From Candidatus Latescibacterota bacterium (GTDB lineage Bacteria > Latescibacterota > UBA2968 > GCA-2709665): a stretch of 64,000 nucleotides of DNA. The stretch spans positions 1-64,000 of the forward strand of contig CAXXXF010000018.1 in NCBI GenBank assembly GCA_963667175.2. The letters are read 5' to 3'. Shown here in pieces: positions 50,076-59,624 of the stretch; position 1 is the first letter of the stretch; every line of letters begins with the position of its first letter. The position numbers and the translations under genes are program-made. A model generated the notes under the pieces. That model made no database searches and was not told where the DNA came from. It saw only the letters and a program-made list of their open reading frames with translations.

Positions 50076-51223
50076 CTACAATCGGTATGTACAGGAGGAT
50101 GCGAGTCGAATCCATCTGTTGCTCTGATCGTCACGAAATCTCCCTTCCTCAATACCGACCACGTTCCGTTGGTTGGCAAACAACACGGCAGACCAACAAC
50201 CCGGAGCCACAGAACTGGGATACTTGATACCCTCGACAGGTCGTCCGGCCAGTGGAGGAAGGCACCGGATATATTCGGTGACAATCTGCGTGGGAACATA
50301 GTCGATGTGAATGCGGTCTTCGTCGGAGATGGGTTCTGAAATCCTGTGTTGGCCTTCATGCAAGAACATTAGATTCTGTCTTGGGTTGAATTCCGTAGTA
50401 TCTGGAATTCGTGCAAAGAGACTAGGGGTCGGTGGAATAGCGGTTAGATCCAGGACCAATGCGGGTCTAGTTAGTCGGAAAATTCCTACAGAGAATCCCC
50501 CGGTTCGTGCTCGAATTTCGTCAAGTGCAGTTTTTGGATCTTCACTTACATAAAACATAGGAATCCCCACTGGATTCATGCGGTTTTGGCTTGCTTTCTC
50601 ATCAGGAGGCGGGCCGAGATCCTTAGGCTCGGTCCAAGGATTGCCGGAATTGTGGCTCCGCGCCCGAAAGAGTGGCACGTTGGCGTCTAGTTCCACAAAG
50701 AGTTCTTGTTGTTCTGCGTATTTGAAGATTCTATCCAGAACTCCTGCTGGTGAAAGAACCTCACGATCATCAGATCTTATGGTACGAAAAAAAAGCGCCG
50801 TTCATGTTTGACCACTCGGCAGAACTCCTGCCAACTGACCTTAGCTAACTCATGAGGATTTAAATCGTGCGGGTTTAATTCACACCATACAATGCCGTCA
50901 AGGGCTTCTGAGAGCCTTCCGTGCAATTTACCTGAATGATCGTTCGGCAAAGAAAGTTGGAGTTCGTCTGCAATTAAGTCGTAAGGGTACCAGTGACGTC
51001 CTATAAAACCACCCTCAGCAGTTTCATAAGGTAAGTTGTTGGCCGCATCCTCGTATTCCTGTTCCACGCAAATGCGGAAATGTTCCGCAACTTTGTCCAC
51101 ATCGGCTGCAATTATCTTCTCATCTGTAATACCGCAGAAACTGCATGCTGTGGACTCAGCGTAGCATTCTATAAAATCACACAGACCGTCGTCCTCAAAG
51201 CATCTACTACACACATAATCCAT
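50076..51223 (-). pseudogene. Second RES-domain protein, frameshifted in a T8 run
   Basis: Paralog of 22999-24141 (MDYVCS..., QNRMNPVGIPMFY, DYVPTQIVTEYIR); one extra base at 50787-50794 restores the frame. Confidence 0.85.
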
Positions 51224-51298
51224 GAAGTCGTTCTCGTTTGTGACGAATGCGTTGTCCAGTTCTTTCGTCTCATACAACCGGGACTCAGGGAATGGAGT

Positions 51299-51589
51299 TC
51301 ATTCCGGTTCTTCATCCAACACTCGGCTGAACGCATCCAGATCGGATACCTGAACCGCGGCTCGGTGCAACGCCTTGAGACGCTGCGCGTCGTCGATGTT
51401 CGCGATCCGAGCGGCGTATGGATGCGACGCAACGAGGTCGAATCGAACCTCCAGTACAGCAAGGATACTTTCCCGGAGTCCTTGTTCGACGCCCTGGCGG
51501 GTGAGGTATCGGGCAAAGGATGATTCACGTATGAGATCCATCATGCCCTCCTTCGAGATGACATCGGAAATGGTTTCCGGCGTGTACAC
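51299..51589 (-). pseudogene. Rpn/PD-(D/E)xK-transposase-like C-terminal remnant
   Basis: MDLIRESSFARYLTRQGVEQGLRESILAVLEVRF; partly duplicated at 52698-52806. Confidence 0.6.
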
Positions 51590-51736
51590 CTTTATTGTTG
51601 TATGGTTATCTGTCTAACCATAATATAATACAATGACTTGGGTAAGGAAACTACCTTTTTTGTGAATTATTGAGGATAGCGAGGTCCGAAAGGAAATGTG
51701 GCATAATGTGTGGGCAACCTGGGAGATGGCCTGAAT

Positions 51737-52144
51737 TTAGATCCGGTCATGTTCTGCTGGTTCGATTTGTGGTACGGCCTTTGAGGCTTTTTCGAAATCC
51801 GCACGTTTACCTTGTTTCGCCTCTTGATCCAGATAGTCTTCCGCGAGTATGGAAACAACGAGGTTCAAATTTTCTTTTCGAAGCAGGTCTTGCAGGGCAA
51901 GCTGAACCCAAAAGCTTTCTGGCTCGCCGAGTTGTCTGGCAATTTTGGCAGCCCTGCTGGGCCTTGGAATTCTTCTTTCTTTTTCTATATCACAAAGGCT
52001 TTGAGGTGAAATCCCCAAAAAATCAGCAAACGCGCTCTGGCTTTTTTCTTCTCCTGTTCGATAGCTGGATAGGGCATTTCCGAATGTGAGACATCCAAAG
52101 TCTCTCTCCAGTTCAGAAGTCCCATATTGTCCTTTAGTAGTCAT
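51737..52144 (-). CDS. HTH antitoxin with a fused foreign antitoxin C-terminal tail
   Basis: HTH SQSAFADFLGISPQSLCDIEKERR; tail EDYLDQEAKQGKRADFEKASKAVPQIEPAEHDRI resembles another (HicB-like) antitoxin C-terminus. Confidence 0.75.
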   Translation of the reverse strand: MTTKGQYGTSELERDFGCLTFGNALSSYRTGEEKSQSAFADFLGISPQSLCDIEKERRIPRPSRAAKIARQLGEPESFWVQLALQDLLRKENLNLVVSILAEDYLDQEAKQGKRADFEKASKAVPQIEPAEHDRI

Positions 52145-52409
52145 GTTTATTGATCTCCTCAACTTGAATCAAATTAACCTCATCGCCTTCTATTTCCGTG
52201 TAGAAGGCGCGATAGGATCTGGATAGCCTGATGGATCTTTGCCCTCTTCGTCCACCTCGAAGAGATTCATCATGATATCCGGGGATTTTTCTAACTTCCT
52301 GAATGCCCAGAGATTCTACTTGAAGTGCCCATCGTTGAAGGTTTCTGACAATATGAATGGGCAACCTATACAGATTTTTTCTCACCTTATCAAATCGGAC
52401 TCTTTCCAT
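52134..52409 (-). CDS. RelE/HigB-type mRNA interferase toxin
   Basis: GYHDESLRGGRRGQRSIRLSRSYRAFY...EEINKHDY; overlaps the antitoxin. Confidence 0.8.
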   Translation of the reverse strand: MERVRFDKVRKNLYRLPIHIVRNLQRWALQVESLGIQEVRKIPGYHDESLRGGRRGQRSIRLSRSYRAFYTEIEGDEVNLIQVEEINKHDY

Positions 52410-52415
52410 TCTCAA

Positions 52416-52444
52416 ATTATACGTCAAAATGACGTATGTATCAA
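52416..52444 (-). promoter_or_regulatory. Sigma70 promoter with palindromic operator for the TA pair
   Basis: TTGATA-17-TATAAT containing ATACGTCA-TTT-TGACGTAT; the -10 box lies 6 nt from the ATG. Confidence 0.7.
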
Positions 52445-52490
52445 GTCCAACCTGGCGTGATATATTTTGAAATACGGTTGAGGAACCTTA

Positions 52491-52620
52491 ACACCTCGTT
52501 CAAATTGCCATTTCTTGAACGCCTCGGTCAGCACAAACACGAAATCCACCCCTTCAAGATAAAAAAAGCAGTCGTAGCGGCAAATACACCGATACTCAGA
52601 GGATCCTTTACGGTTTCAAA
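52491..52620 (-). repeat. About 130 bp direct repeat of 59414-59543 (membrane-protein gene fragment)
   Basis: Near-identical sequence at both sites. Confidence 0.85.
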
Positions 52621-52697
52621 TCCCAACTGTACTTCGATCGGCGTGCGCAAACTAACAGTTTGCGCTACGGTAAAACGTCGGTGACGCTCAGGGAGCC

Positions 52698-52956
52698 CTT
52701 GTTCGACGCCCTGGCGGGTGAGGTATCGGGCAGAAGATGATTCACGCATGAGATCCATCATGCCCTCCTTCGAAATGATATCGGAAATGGTTTCCGTCGT
52801 ATACATCAGCCCGCTGAGCAACGACATGCCGGCCAAGAAATCCGCTTTTGCCGGGGGCGCTATCGTCCGAGTCTGGGCTGTGTGCATACAGTGACGCAAC
52901 CATGCGCGTGAAGTCATTCCTTCAGGCGGCTCCGCGTAGACAGGATACGGGATCAT
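52698..52956 (-). pseudogene. Second Rpn-like remnant
   Basis: ...MYTTETISDIISKEGMMDLMRESSSARYLTRQGVEQGL, cut by a repeat at 52641-52697. Confidence 0.6.
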
Positions 52957-53335
52957 GGCGGAAAGTCAATTGCATCACGGAAATAATCGAGAAAACATAC
53001 ATACGCCAGGCGGATCCATACTATCTGGACCATCGTCGCCGATTAGCGACATCTAGGAATTCGGGCCCACGACAGTTAGAATTCCCGGTGACACCAAACG
53101 GTTCGCATATCAACACACACAACAAAGCCCAACGGTCATAGCGAAACCGTTGGGCTTTTTCTCGTTGAAGCTTCGTCTTCGTTGGATATGCTAATTGTCA
53201 GTCTACACATCACCGCGAACAGTCAGCGGGAGTCCGTCAATCCCCTGTCGGAAATTCCCACTTCTACCATACTGTAGGCGGCATCCTCGACGATGGTGGA
53301 AGACACAAAGCGAACCGGACCAATACTGCCGGTGC

Positions 53336-53980
53336 CTACTCTTCTTGTCTGCCCCAGAAAGCCTCGTCCGTACTGGTGTTTAGTAGGTAAAGATGGCGGT
53401 TTTCAAGCAGCCAGAGCAAGATAGGTTCGGAGTCGAGTGCTGCACGTGTGAGCCTCCGGGAATTGAGAAAGTAGAGAAATCGGATCGCGGAGAACGAAAC
53501 GGCGAAAGAAAGACAGAGGATCGCAGGCATCATCGCGGAATGCGACGCGAACCACAATCCTCCCGCGAACGTGAGTCCGCCAACAATCGTAACAAACCGC
53601 CGTACTGGGTTGGCAGGGCTCGAAGTGAACAAAGCAATCAATGACAAGGGCACACCAGCTACGACCCAGCCGTCACCAATCAGGTACGCAATAGGGAGAC
53701 AAGCCACGGCGATCAGATAGGGAAACAAACTGATGACGGCCGAAGCGAGTGAGAATAACGGGCTCGATGACGAGAGAGCAAGCGTATTCGCGGCCATGTA
53801 ATCGACCGAGACGAAGAAACTACCTTCTTTTACGTGCTTCAATAGGTTGCTAAACGAAGCCACCGGGCAATTGGGGACATCTGAAAGATTCTTCCACTTG
53901 AGCTCCCGGAGCAACTCGACTTCGAATTCGGTGTCTGTAAACCTCCATTTGCGGCTCTGAATTCTGTTCGTATCCAACAT
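53336..53980 (-). CDS. Hypothetical membrane protein
   Basis: About 4 hydrophobic helices. Confidence 0.6.
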   Translation of the reverse strand: MLDTNRIQSRKWRFTDTEFEVELLRELKWKNLSDVPNCPVASFSNLLKHVKEGSFFVSVDYMAANTLALSSSSPLFSLASAVISLFPYLIAVACLPIAYLIGDGWVVAGVPLSLIALFTSSPANPVRRFVTIVGGLTFAGGLWFASHSAMMPAILCLSFAVSFSAIRFLYFLNSRRLTRAALDSEPILLWLLENRHLYLLNTSTDEAFWGRQEE

Positions 53981-54436
53981 TACGCCATCCCTAGCGCGGC
54001 CTCGCTATGCCAAGCCGCAACCAAATAGGTGGAAGTGAACGCGCGCGCCCGATAAACGGAATAATCACTCCCCGCTTGAGGGGGAATCGCAGAAGCCAAG
54101 CCGATCCCTGAGCTTGTCGAAGGGCCGGCGGCGGTTGATGCGGTGGGGGGATTTCAACGCCATTAGTTAGCTGGCAGCATTGAAGAAGCGAGAACGCATT
54201 TTGCCAAGAAGCCTTTACACTAAGAATCTAACCGTCCTCTGAAGAATCTCGATATTCCCCTATGGACTCTTTGTGCGCCGGTCTTGATCCATCAAAGCAG
54301 TTCCGCAAGTCACACATCTTGTCCGATACAGTCGCAGGTTTTATTGACGAACCCACTCGGAAATCACAACACCAGAAAACGACTTGCGAGCATGTTGATT
54401 CCCACTGTCTCATTCTGAAGTAGGCACAGCAAGAAT

Positions 54437-54955
54437 TCAACGCCCCTGAAGCGAGTTCATGTTCTCAAATGATGCTGAGACAATCATCTCTGTTGCCATA
54501 TTCGCGACAGAGATGTCATCTACTTCGATAGTAAAAATACCATCCGACTCCTTTTCTGATGACGGTAGGAGAATCACCTCACGCGGCTCAACCCATGCAA
54601 GCTCGAGACCTTTAGAATCCACAAAACCCAGTTGATATTCTATCTTGAATTTTTGGATTGTACTGTTCTTCCATACTATCGCGTATGCACCTTGGACGAC
54701 ATGTATGCCCGCTTGTCGTCGAGCTTCGGCTACTTTGCCGGATAGTTCTCTGTGAGATACAAAACGCCAGAGAAACTTTGTCAACTCTACCCCGTTTCCG
54801 AACCCACCTCGTTCTTCCTCATGGTGTTGGGTGTTCAATTTAGTCTTGAATGCTCCGGCTAACTCATCTCCATCCAGGTACAGAAACGCGACATTGATCG
54901 CAACAACCAGGACGACAAGCCCGGCTGCTATAAGAGCTATCTGGCGTTTTGGCAT
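54437..54955 (-). CDS. Hypothetical exported/membrane-anchored protein
   Basis: N-terminal signal or TM segment MPKRQIALIAAGLVVLVVAI. Confidence 0.55.
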   Translation of the reverse strand: MPKRQIALIAAGLVVLVVAINVAFLYLDGDELAGAFKTKLNTQHHEEERGGFGNGVELTKFLWRFVSHRELSGKVAEARRQAGIHVVQGAYAIVWKNSTIQKFKIEYQLGFVDSKGLELAWVEPREVILLPSSEKESDGIFTIEVDDISVANMATEMIVSASFENMNSLQGR

Positions 54956-55252
54956 GTCTTTCCCCCTGAGGTCATATTCACTCTCCGGTAGCAAGATAGT
55001 CGGAAAGGCAAAGGGTCAATCGCGTGCGGCAGATGAAAAGAAGGTGGCCCAACGCGAACCGTCACTTCTGCAGATCGCGATCTTGTCTGACTTTCATTTG
55101 AGCGATACAGCAGATCTTCTGCCGCTGAATAACGCCCCACACGATGCGAGACGAGAACCGTGGCGCCGGGCTCTGATGGGTATGCGCAGTCGATCGTCTG
55201 TCTTGCCGTTTGTCCACCCAAAGAGGCTGTTCATTTTGACAAGTCTCGGTGG

Positions 55253-55777
55253 CTAATCTGACCGCTCTTCGAGGGCTTCAACGTCCATTCCGGCTTTTGT
55301 GAGCAGATTTAGCATCGCGTTCGCCCGAGTCCCATCCCCGTCACGAGTATAGTCGGCGTAGCGTGAAATCATCGAATGTATGATCAATCGCCTATAGTGA
55401 GTTCCTGTTGGTTTCGGCAGGACAAGCTGAGCTATCTTGGCGCCGACGAAGATGATCACCACCCCACAAAGAGCGGCCACCCATCCAAGGCGCCACCACA
55501 TGAGTCCAATTGCTACGGCACAACCCAAGTATGTGGATACCGCAAACAAAGCCTTCCAGGGCGGCGTAATAGCGTCCTGAAATCCTGTCGGTAAAGGAGT
55601 TTCCCGGCACTCGTTACGCATGATCGGAACGGCCCTGGCAAAGCTCGCATCGAAGTCGGACCATTTTTTACCTAGCAACAGCTCCATGCCCATGCAAAGT
55701 GTCACCTCGGTAAATCGCAACTCATACCCGAAAGGGAACGCCAACACTGCAGGGAGCAGCCAGAAGGTCGTGTCCAA
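55253..55777 (-). CDS. Hypothetical membrane protein
   Basis: TTG start after AAGGA; about 3 TM helices. Confidence 0.6.
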   Translation of the reverse strand: MDTTFWLLPAVLAFPFGYELRFTEVTLCMGMELLLGKKWSDFDASFARAVPIMRNECRETPLPTGFQDAITPPWKALFAVSTYLGCAVAIGLMWWRLGWVAALCGVVIIFVGAKIAQLVLPKPTGTHYRRLIIHSMISRYADYTRDGDGTRANAMLNLLTKAGMDVEALEERSD

Positions 55778-55817
55778 TTACATTCCTTAGGACAAAGGAA
55801 GTGTAGCGCGCAAACTG

Positions 55818-56783
55818 CTATTTCTCATCCTGTTGTCGGGCAATTGCGGGAAGTGTTGCGCGGATGGTCGCTTTCAGCTTTTCGGCTGCGTCCGTCGGCT
55901 CAGCGTCATCCCAAGTGACTGTCAGGTGATGGTTTGTGTCAAAGTGAGTCTTCTCCTCTTCAAACTTCGTTGCTTCGCAAGTATATATGACCGGCTTGCC
56001 AAGTCCTTCCGCATAGCCCGCCTCCCAATAGGCTCCAAGATTGTCGTGGGTAAGGTCCGCAATTACGAAATCCGACGACTGAATCTCGACTCGTAAGCGG
56101 TCATCAATAAGCCCGGCGCGAGGTGAATCGTCGAGCCGAAAGAGTTCGAATCCCGTTTTTCTGACGGCTTCACGGAATACTTCATCGACCATCTTGTCCA
56201 GAGTCGAATCGCCGAACTTCATCGCCATAAATGCTTTCCTATAGGTTTCACGTCCCTTCAACAGCGATTCATAGTGTTCCCAGCCTTTGAATGAAAGAGT
56301 GACGTCAGTGCGGTCGCCGTGTTTCATCGTCGCGGTTGGATCACCGGGCACAAGTTTCGCGTTTGCGAGGTGGCGGAGCACGAACAAGAACCCATCCTTT
56401 GATTTGGAACCGATAATCGCGCCGTGCTCCAAAGGATTTACTTCAACAGTCTCGCCAGGTCCATTGACGTTTTCAGCAATCCATCGAACAAGCAGGTCGG
56501 CCTGCTCAGTAGGAGTCGGTAACGGACGTTTCAGTATTTCGTCAACGGTGTTTGTATATAACATGGGTATTTCATTATTTGATTGCATCAACCGAAGAGC
56601 GTGGCTGATTTTTGCCGCTGCGTCAGGATCACCCGAAAACGTACTGGGTAATCCTTTGACCAATGTTCGGGATAGTCGGAATTCGCCACACCGCGCGCAC
56701 GAGTATTGCTTCGCATCGGAAACCCCTGGTCTCTCCAGGAAATCTGTCAACACGGTCGTGCAAACAGGGCACTTGTTCGGCAT
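55818..56783 (-). CDS. Zn-ribbon + nucleoside 2-deoxyribosyltransferase/TIR-like domain protein
   Basis: CPVC...CARC; C-terminal AFMAMKF...SDFVIADLTHDNLGAYWEAGYAEGLGKPVIYTC. Confidence 0.8.
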   Translation of the reverse strand: MPNKCPVCTTVLTDFLERPGVSDAKQYSCARCGEFRLSRTLVKGLPSTFSGDPDAAAKISHALRLMQSNNEIPMLYTNTVDEILKRPLPTPTEQADLLVRWIAENVNGPGETVEVNPLEHGAIIGSKSKDGFLFVLRHLANAKLVPGDPTATMKHGDRTDVTLSFKGWEHYESLLKGRETYRKAFMAMKFGDSTLDKMVDEVFREAVRKTGFELFRLDDSPRAGLIDDRLRVEIQSSDFVIADLTHDNLGAYWEAGYAEGLGKPVIYTCEATKFEEEKTHFDTNHHLTVTWDDAEPTDAAEKLKATIRATLPAIARQQDEK

Positions 56784-57231
56784 TCCTTATCTGCTCCCTC
56801 CTGAACCCACGACACGATCGTTAGGCCGGAAATGCGAGATATTCGCGTTTTTAATGTACGAGACGACGTAAGATCCCGCAATAGCCCCGGTTAATGCACA
56901 TCCGAGAGCGTGAACCGCCGTGAATCTGTCTTCTCGGTTTCTGGATAGCATGGGTCGGCGATCCGGGTCGATCCTGCTGGCATCGTCCAGTGTTCGGTTG
57001 CTTGAATTCTCGTACCCGCCCACCCATGCGGGCGAGACGGCCGCGCACCCAGTGGAGGCATCCTCTTCTCGGACGAAAACTCCGACGTCGGAATATCTCG
57101 CGAAATAAAAGCGACCCGCAGGTCGCCCTTTATTGAATCGCCTACCGCCCATCATGAAATCGCACCTTAACCGACGCTGGATAATGTCGCCAAATAAAAC
57201 CCTTAACCGAACTCTACGTTCATACGAATCG

Positions 57232-58056
57232 TCAGGGTTCAAACCACTGGTTAGCCTCCGGCGGAGGCGTGTTCATAGTTCCTTGCATAATGCGAATCGA
57301 ATATCCTGTTTCGTCACCGAAATGTGCTTTTCCACACATTTCAAGAATGTACATTGGTTCCTGGGAATATTTCGGACTGTCCGTTTTCAGAAAGGCTCTG
57401 CTGATTACGCTGGCGACGACGTCGACGAATCTCTTTCTGCAAGAGTCGTCGACCAGCAATTGCAAACGGTCAATTGAGTCAGGCTGGCCGATATGGTGTT
57501 TGGCACAAAGTAACGATATGGATTGATTCAGCAACTTCGTCCTGTAACCAAGGTATGTATCAATGTCTTCAATCGGGATGGACCAATTATCAATGAAGAC
57601 GGAAAAAGCGGCATCGCCGCCTCCTACCTCGAAATAGTCCATTATCGAATGAAAAAGACAATGATCAAGTACGTGCGAATGGATGATCTGAGCAATGGGG
57701 CGTTCTCGGCTTTCCGGTCGATGATTCGCCCTGGCATTGTTGCCAAATCGCTCATATTCAACGATAATTTCACGATATTTCGGGTCTGCAATATTCACAC
57801 CTGAAACGAATATGGACAAAGGTAAACCTGCCAGCAGCTCTGCGATTCGGACGGCGCGAGAGTTCTTGATGCGGTCGTTCTTTAACGGCGTAGTGTTGGA
57901 CAGCCCAAATTCGCTCTTATACTCGGAAAATATCGCGTTTTCAGCCGATTGATCGTACCTCACGGCGACTCCAAGGAACCAGTCGGTCTGATCGTTGTTT
58001 CCGACCTGCGGCGTACCAGATTCATCGAATAGCACTGTCACGTCTTTTCCAGCCAT
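57232..58056 (-). CDS. DUF3800-like (RNase H-fold) protein
   Basis: N-terminal LFDESG and late FVDVVAS motifs. Confidence 0.6.
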   Translation of the reverse strand: MAGKDVTVLFDESGTPQVGNNDQTDWFLGVAVRYDQSAENAIFSEYKSEFGLSNTTPLKNDRIKNSRAVRIAELLAGLPLSIFVSGVNIADPKYREIIVEYERFGNNARANHRPESRERPIAQIIHSHVLDHCLFHSIMDYFEVGGGDAAFSVFIDNWSIPIEDIDTYLGYRTKLLNQSISLLCAKHHIGQPDSIDRLQLLVDDSCRKRFVDVVASVISRAFLKTDSPKYSQEPMYILEMCGKAHFGDETGYSIRIMQGTMNTPPPEANQWFEP

Positions 58057-58151
58057 TATGCCCCCGTTATTTGGTAGCGACGAAGGAAATCGGCACGATG
58101 GTTTGTCACGCGCTTTGGTTTCTTGTTACGATTCAGCCGGATGTGGACCTT

Positions 58152-58847
58152 TCAGGCATCTGATCCCATTCGCGCAGAAACAGAAGCAAGTGTTGAACAA
58201 AGCTCGGTTCGGAGCCCGTCCATTTCGCACGGCCGGACATTGACATTGTTGGACAGTGTGAGGAGATCCATCGCAAGTCGCAAACACAACTCGGCCGCGA
58301 GCATACAATCTTCCGTCGGGACGAGTAGATTTTTCGGAATGAAATGTTCGAAATCGTTTCGGATCTCCTCATGGAGTAACTCCAGCAATTCCATCTCTGC
58401 ATCTTGGACGGAGACAACGGCGCTGTGGATGTAGCGGTGCATGAAGCAGGGCGTTTGGATCATCGCCAGGAGGTCATAGAATCCAACCAGAAACTCGTCT
58501 CGTTCCGCCTTTGAAGCACGTCCTTCTTGGGAACACGGCGGCGTCTCAGGAACTGGATCGGAGAACCTAAAGGCCTTGCTACATCCGTCTATCTCTTCTT
58601 TCCAAATTACCATCCACGGATCCTCGCCCTTTTTGTACCAATATTTCCTGTTCTTTGTTGGCCTCCCCGTGATAGGACGATTCGAGGTTCCGCGTAGAGC
58701 TTCCACCATCATGCGTGAGAGCAATTGGTGGCACTCCTTTGCAACCCTCATAGGGCTTGGTTTGGCCGAAACGACCTCAGCGTTGATATGTCGAATGTTG
58801 TTTCGAATCAACTTGACATTGTTGATATTCTCATTTTCTTCAAGCAT
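58152..58847 (-). CDS. Hypothetical protein with HEPN-like motif
   Basis: 231 aa; IRNDFEHF (R-x4-H) in a helical context. Confidence 0.6.
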   Translation of the reverse strand: MLEENENINNVKLIRNNIRHINAEVVSAKPSPMRVAKECHQLLSRMMVEALRGTSNRPITGRPTKNRKYWYKKGEDPWMVIWKEEIDGCSKAFRFSDPVPETPPCSQEGRASKAERDEFLVGFYDLLAMIQTPCFMHRYIHSAVVSVQDAEMELLELLHEEIRNDFEHFIPKNLLVPTEDCMLAAELCLRLAMDLLTLSNNVNVRPCEMDGLRTELCSTLASVSARMGSDA

Positions 58848-59292
58848 AGAAGCGACCCCCGAGGCGATTTAGGATTAGTTCAATTCTCCAGCAGCAAATA
58901 GGGCCTGTGGAGCCTTAAGACATCATGGCTCACGATAGCAACTGCCCGCAATCTAACCAATGCGCCACATTATCGGGTTACTTAGAGACAACGGTTTTTC
59001 GATGGGCGCGAGACGAGCCACGTTTCAGCGGTCAGGCGATTGTCTTCGTACACCGATTTGTTCGGGTTATTCGTGCGAACAATCAGGATACGACAGTATG
59101 GGATTGGTCGGCAGGAGGGTAGGCAGTTGAGGTGGGCTCAAGGTTATGATTTCATGAGATGCCACGATCGAAGATTATGACATTTCTGCGCAACATTTGC
59201 TACGGCGCGGATACAATTCAGCCGATCGCAGGAACAGCCCCTGGGATTTGGACAAACGGTTGATAGTTAAGGATTAAACAGCAAGAGAGGCC

Positions 59293-59543
59293 CTACTTGG
59301 TGTGTCCGTTATCCAGAAAAGGCGGGGGTGTCTGAAAACCTTCCGTACCCTTTTCTTTCTCGCGTTCAAACCATTGCAATACCAATCTATCTCGTTCGTT
59401 TTGACCCTTCCTTACACCACGTTCAAATTGCCATTTCTTGAACGCCTCGGTCAGCACAAACACGAAATCCACCCCCTTCAAGATGAAAAAAGCAGTCGTA
59501 GCGGCAAATACTCCGATGCTCAGAAGATCCTTTACGGTTTCAA
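59293..59543 (-). pseudogene. C-terminal fragment of a TM + coiled-coil protein
   Basis: LSIGVFAATTAFFILKGVDFVFVLTEAFKKWQFERG...; no good start. Confidence 0.5.
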
Positions 59544-59624
59544 GCCTCTTCCGGCATGGCGTCAATACTTACGTCTTCCTCCATCGCCGCCTTTGTCGGT
59601 TGATGCTCGGAATCTATGACCTTA

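Noticed and set aside
53336-58847. Integron cassette array
   Set aside because: The genes are co-oriented, but I found no convincing RYYYAAC...GTTRRRY attC sites and no integrase.
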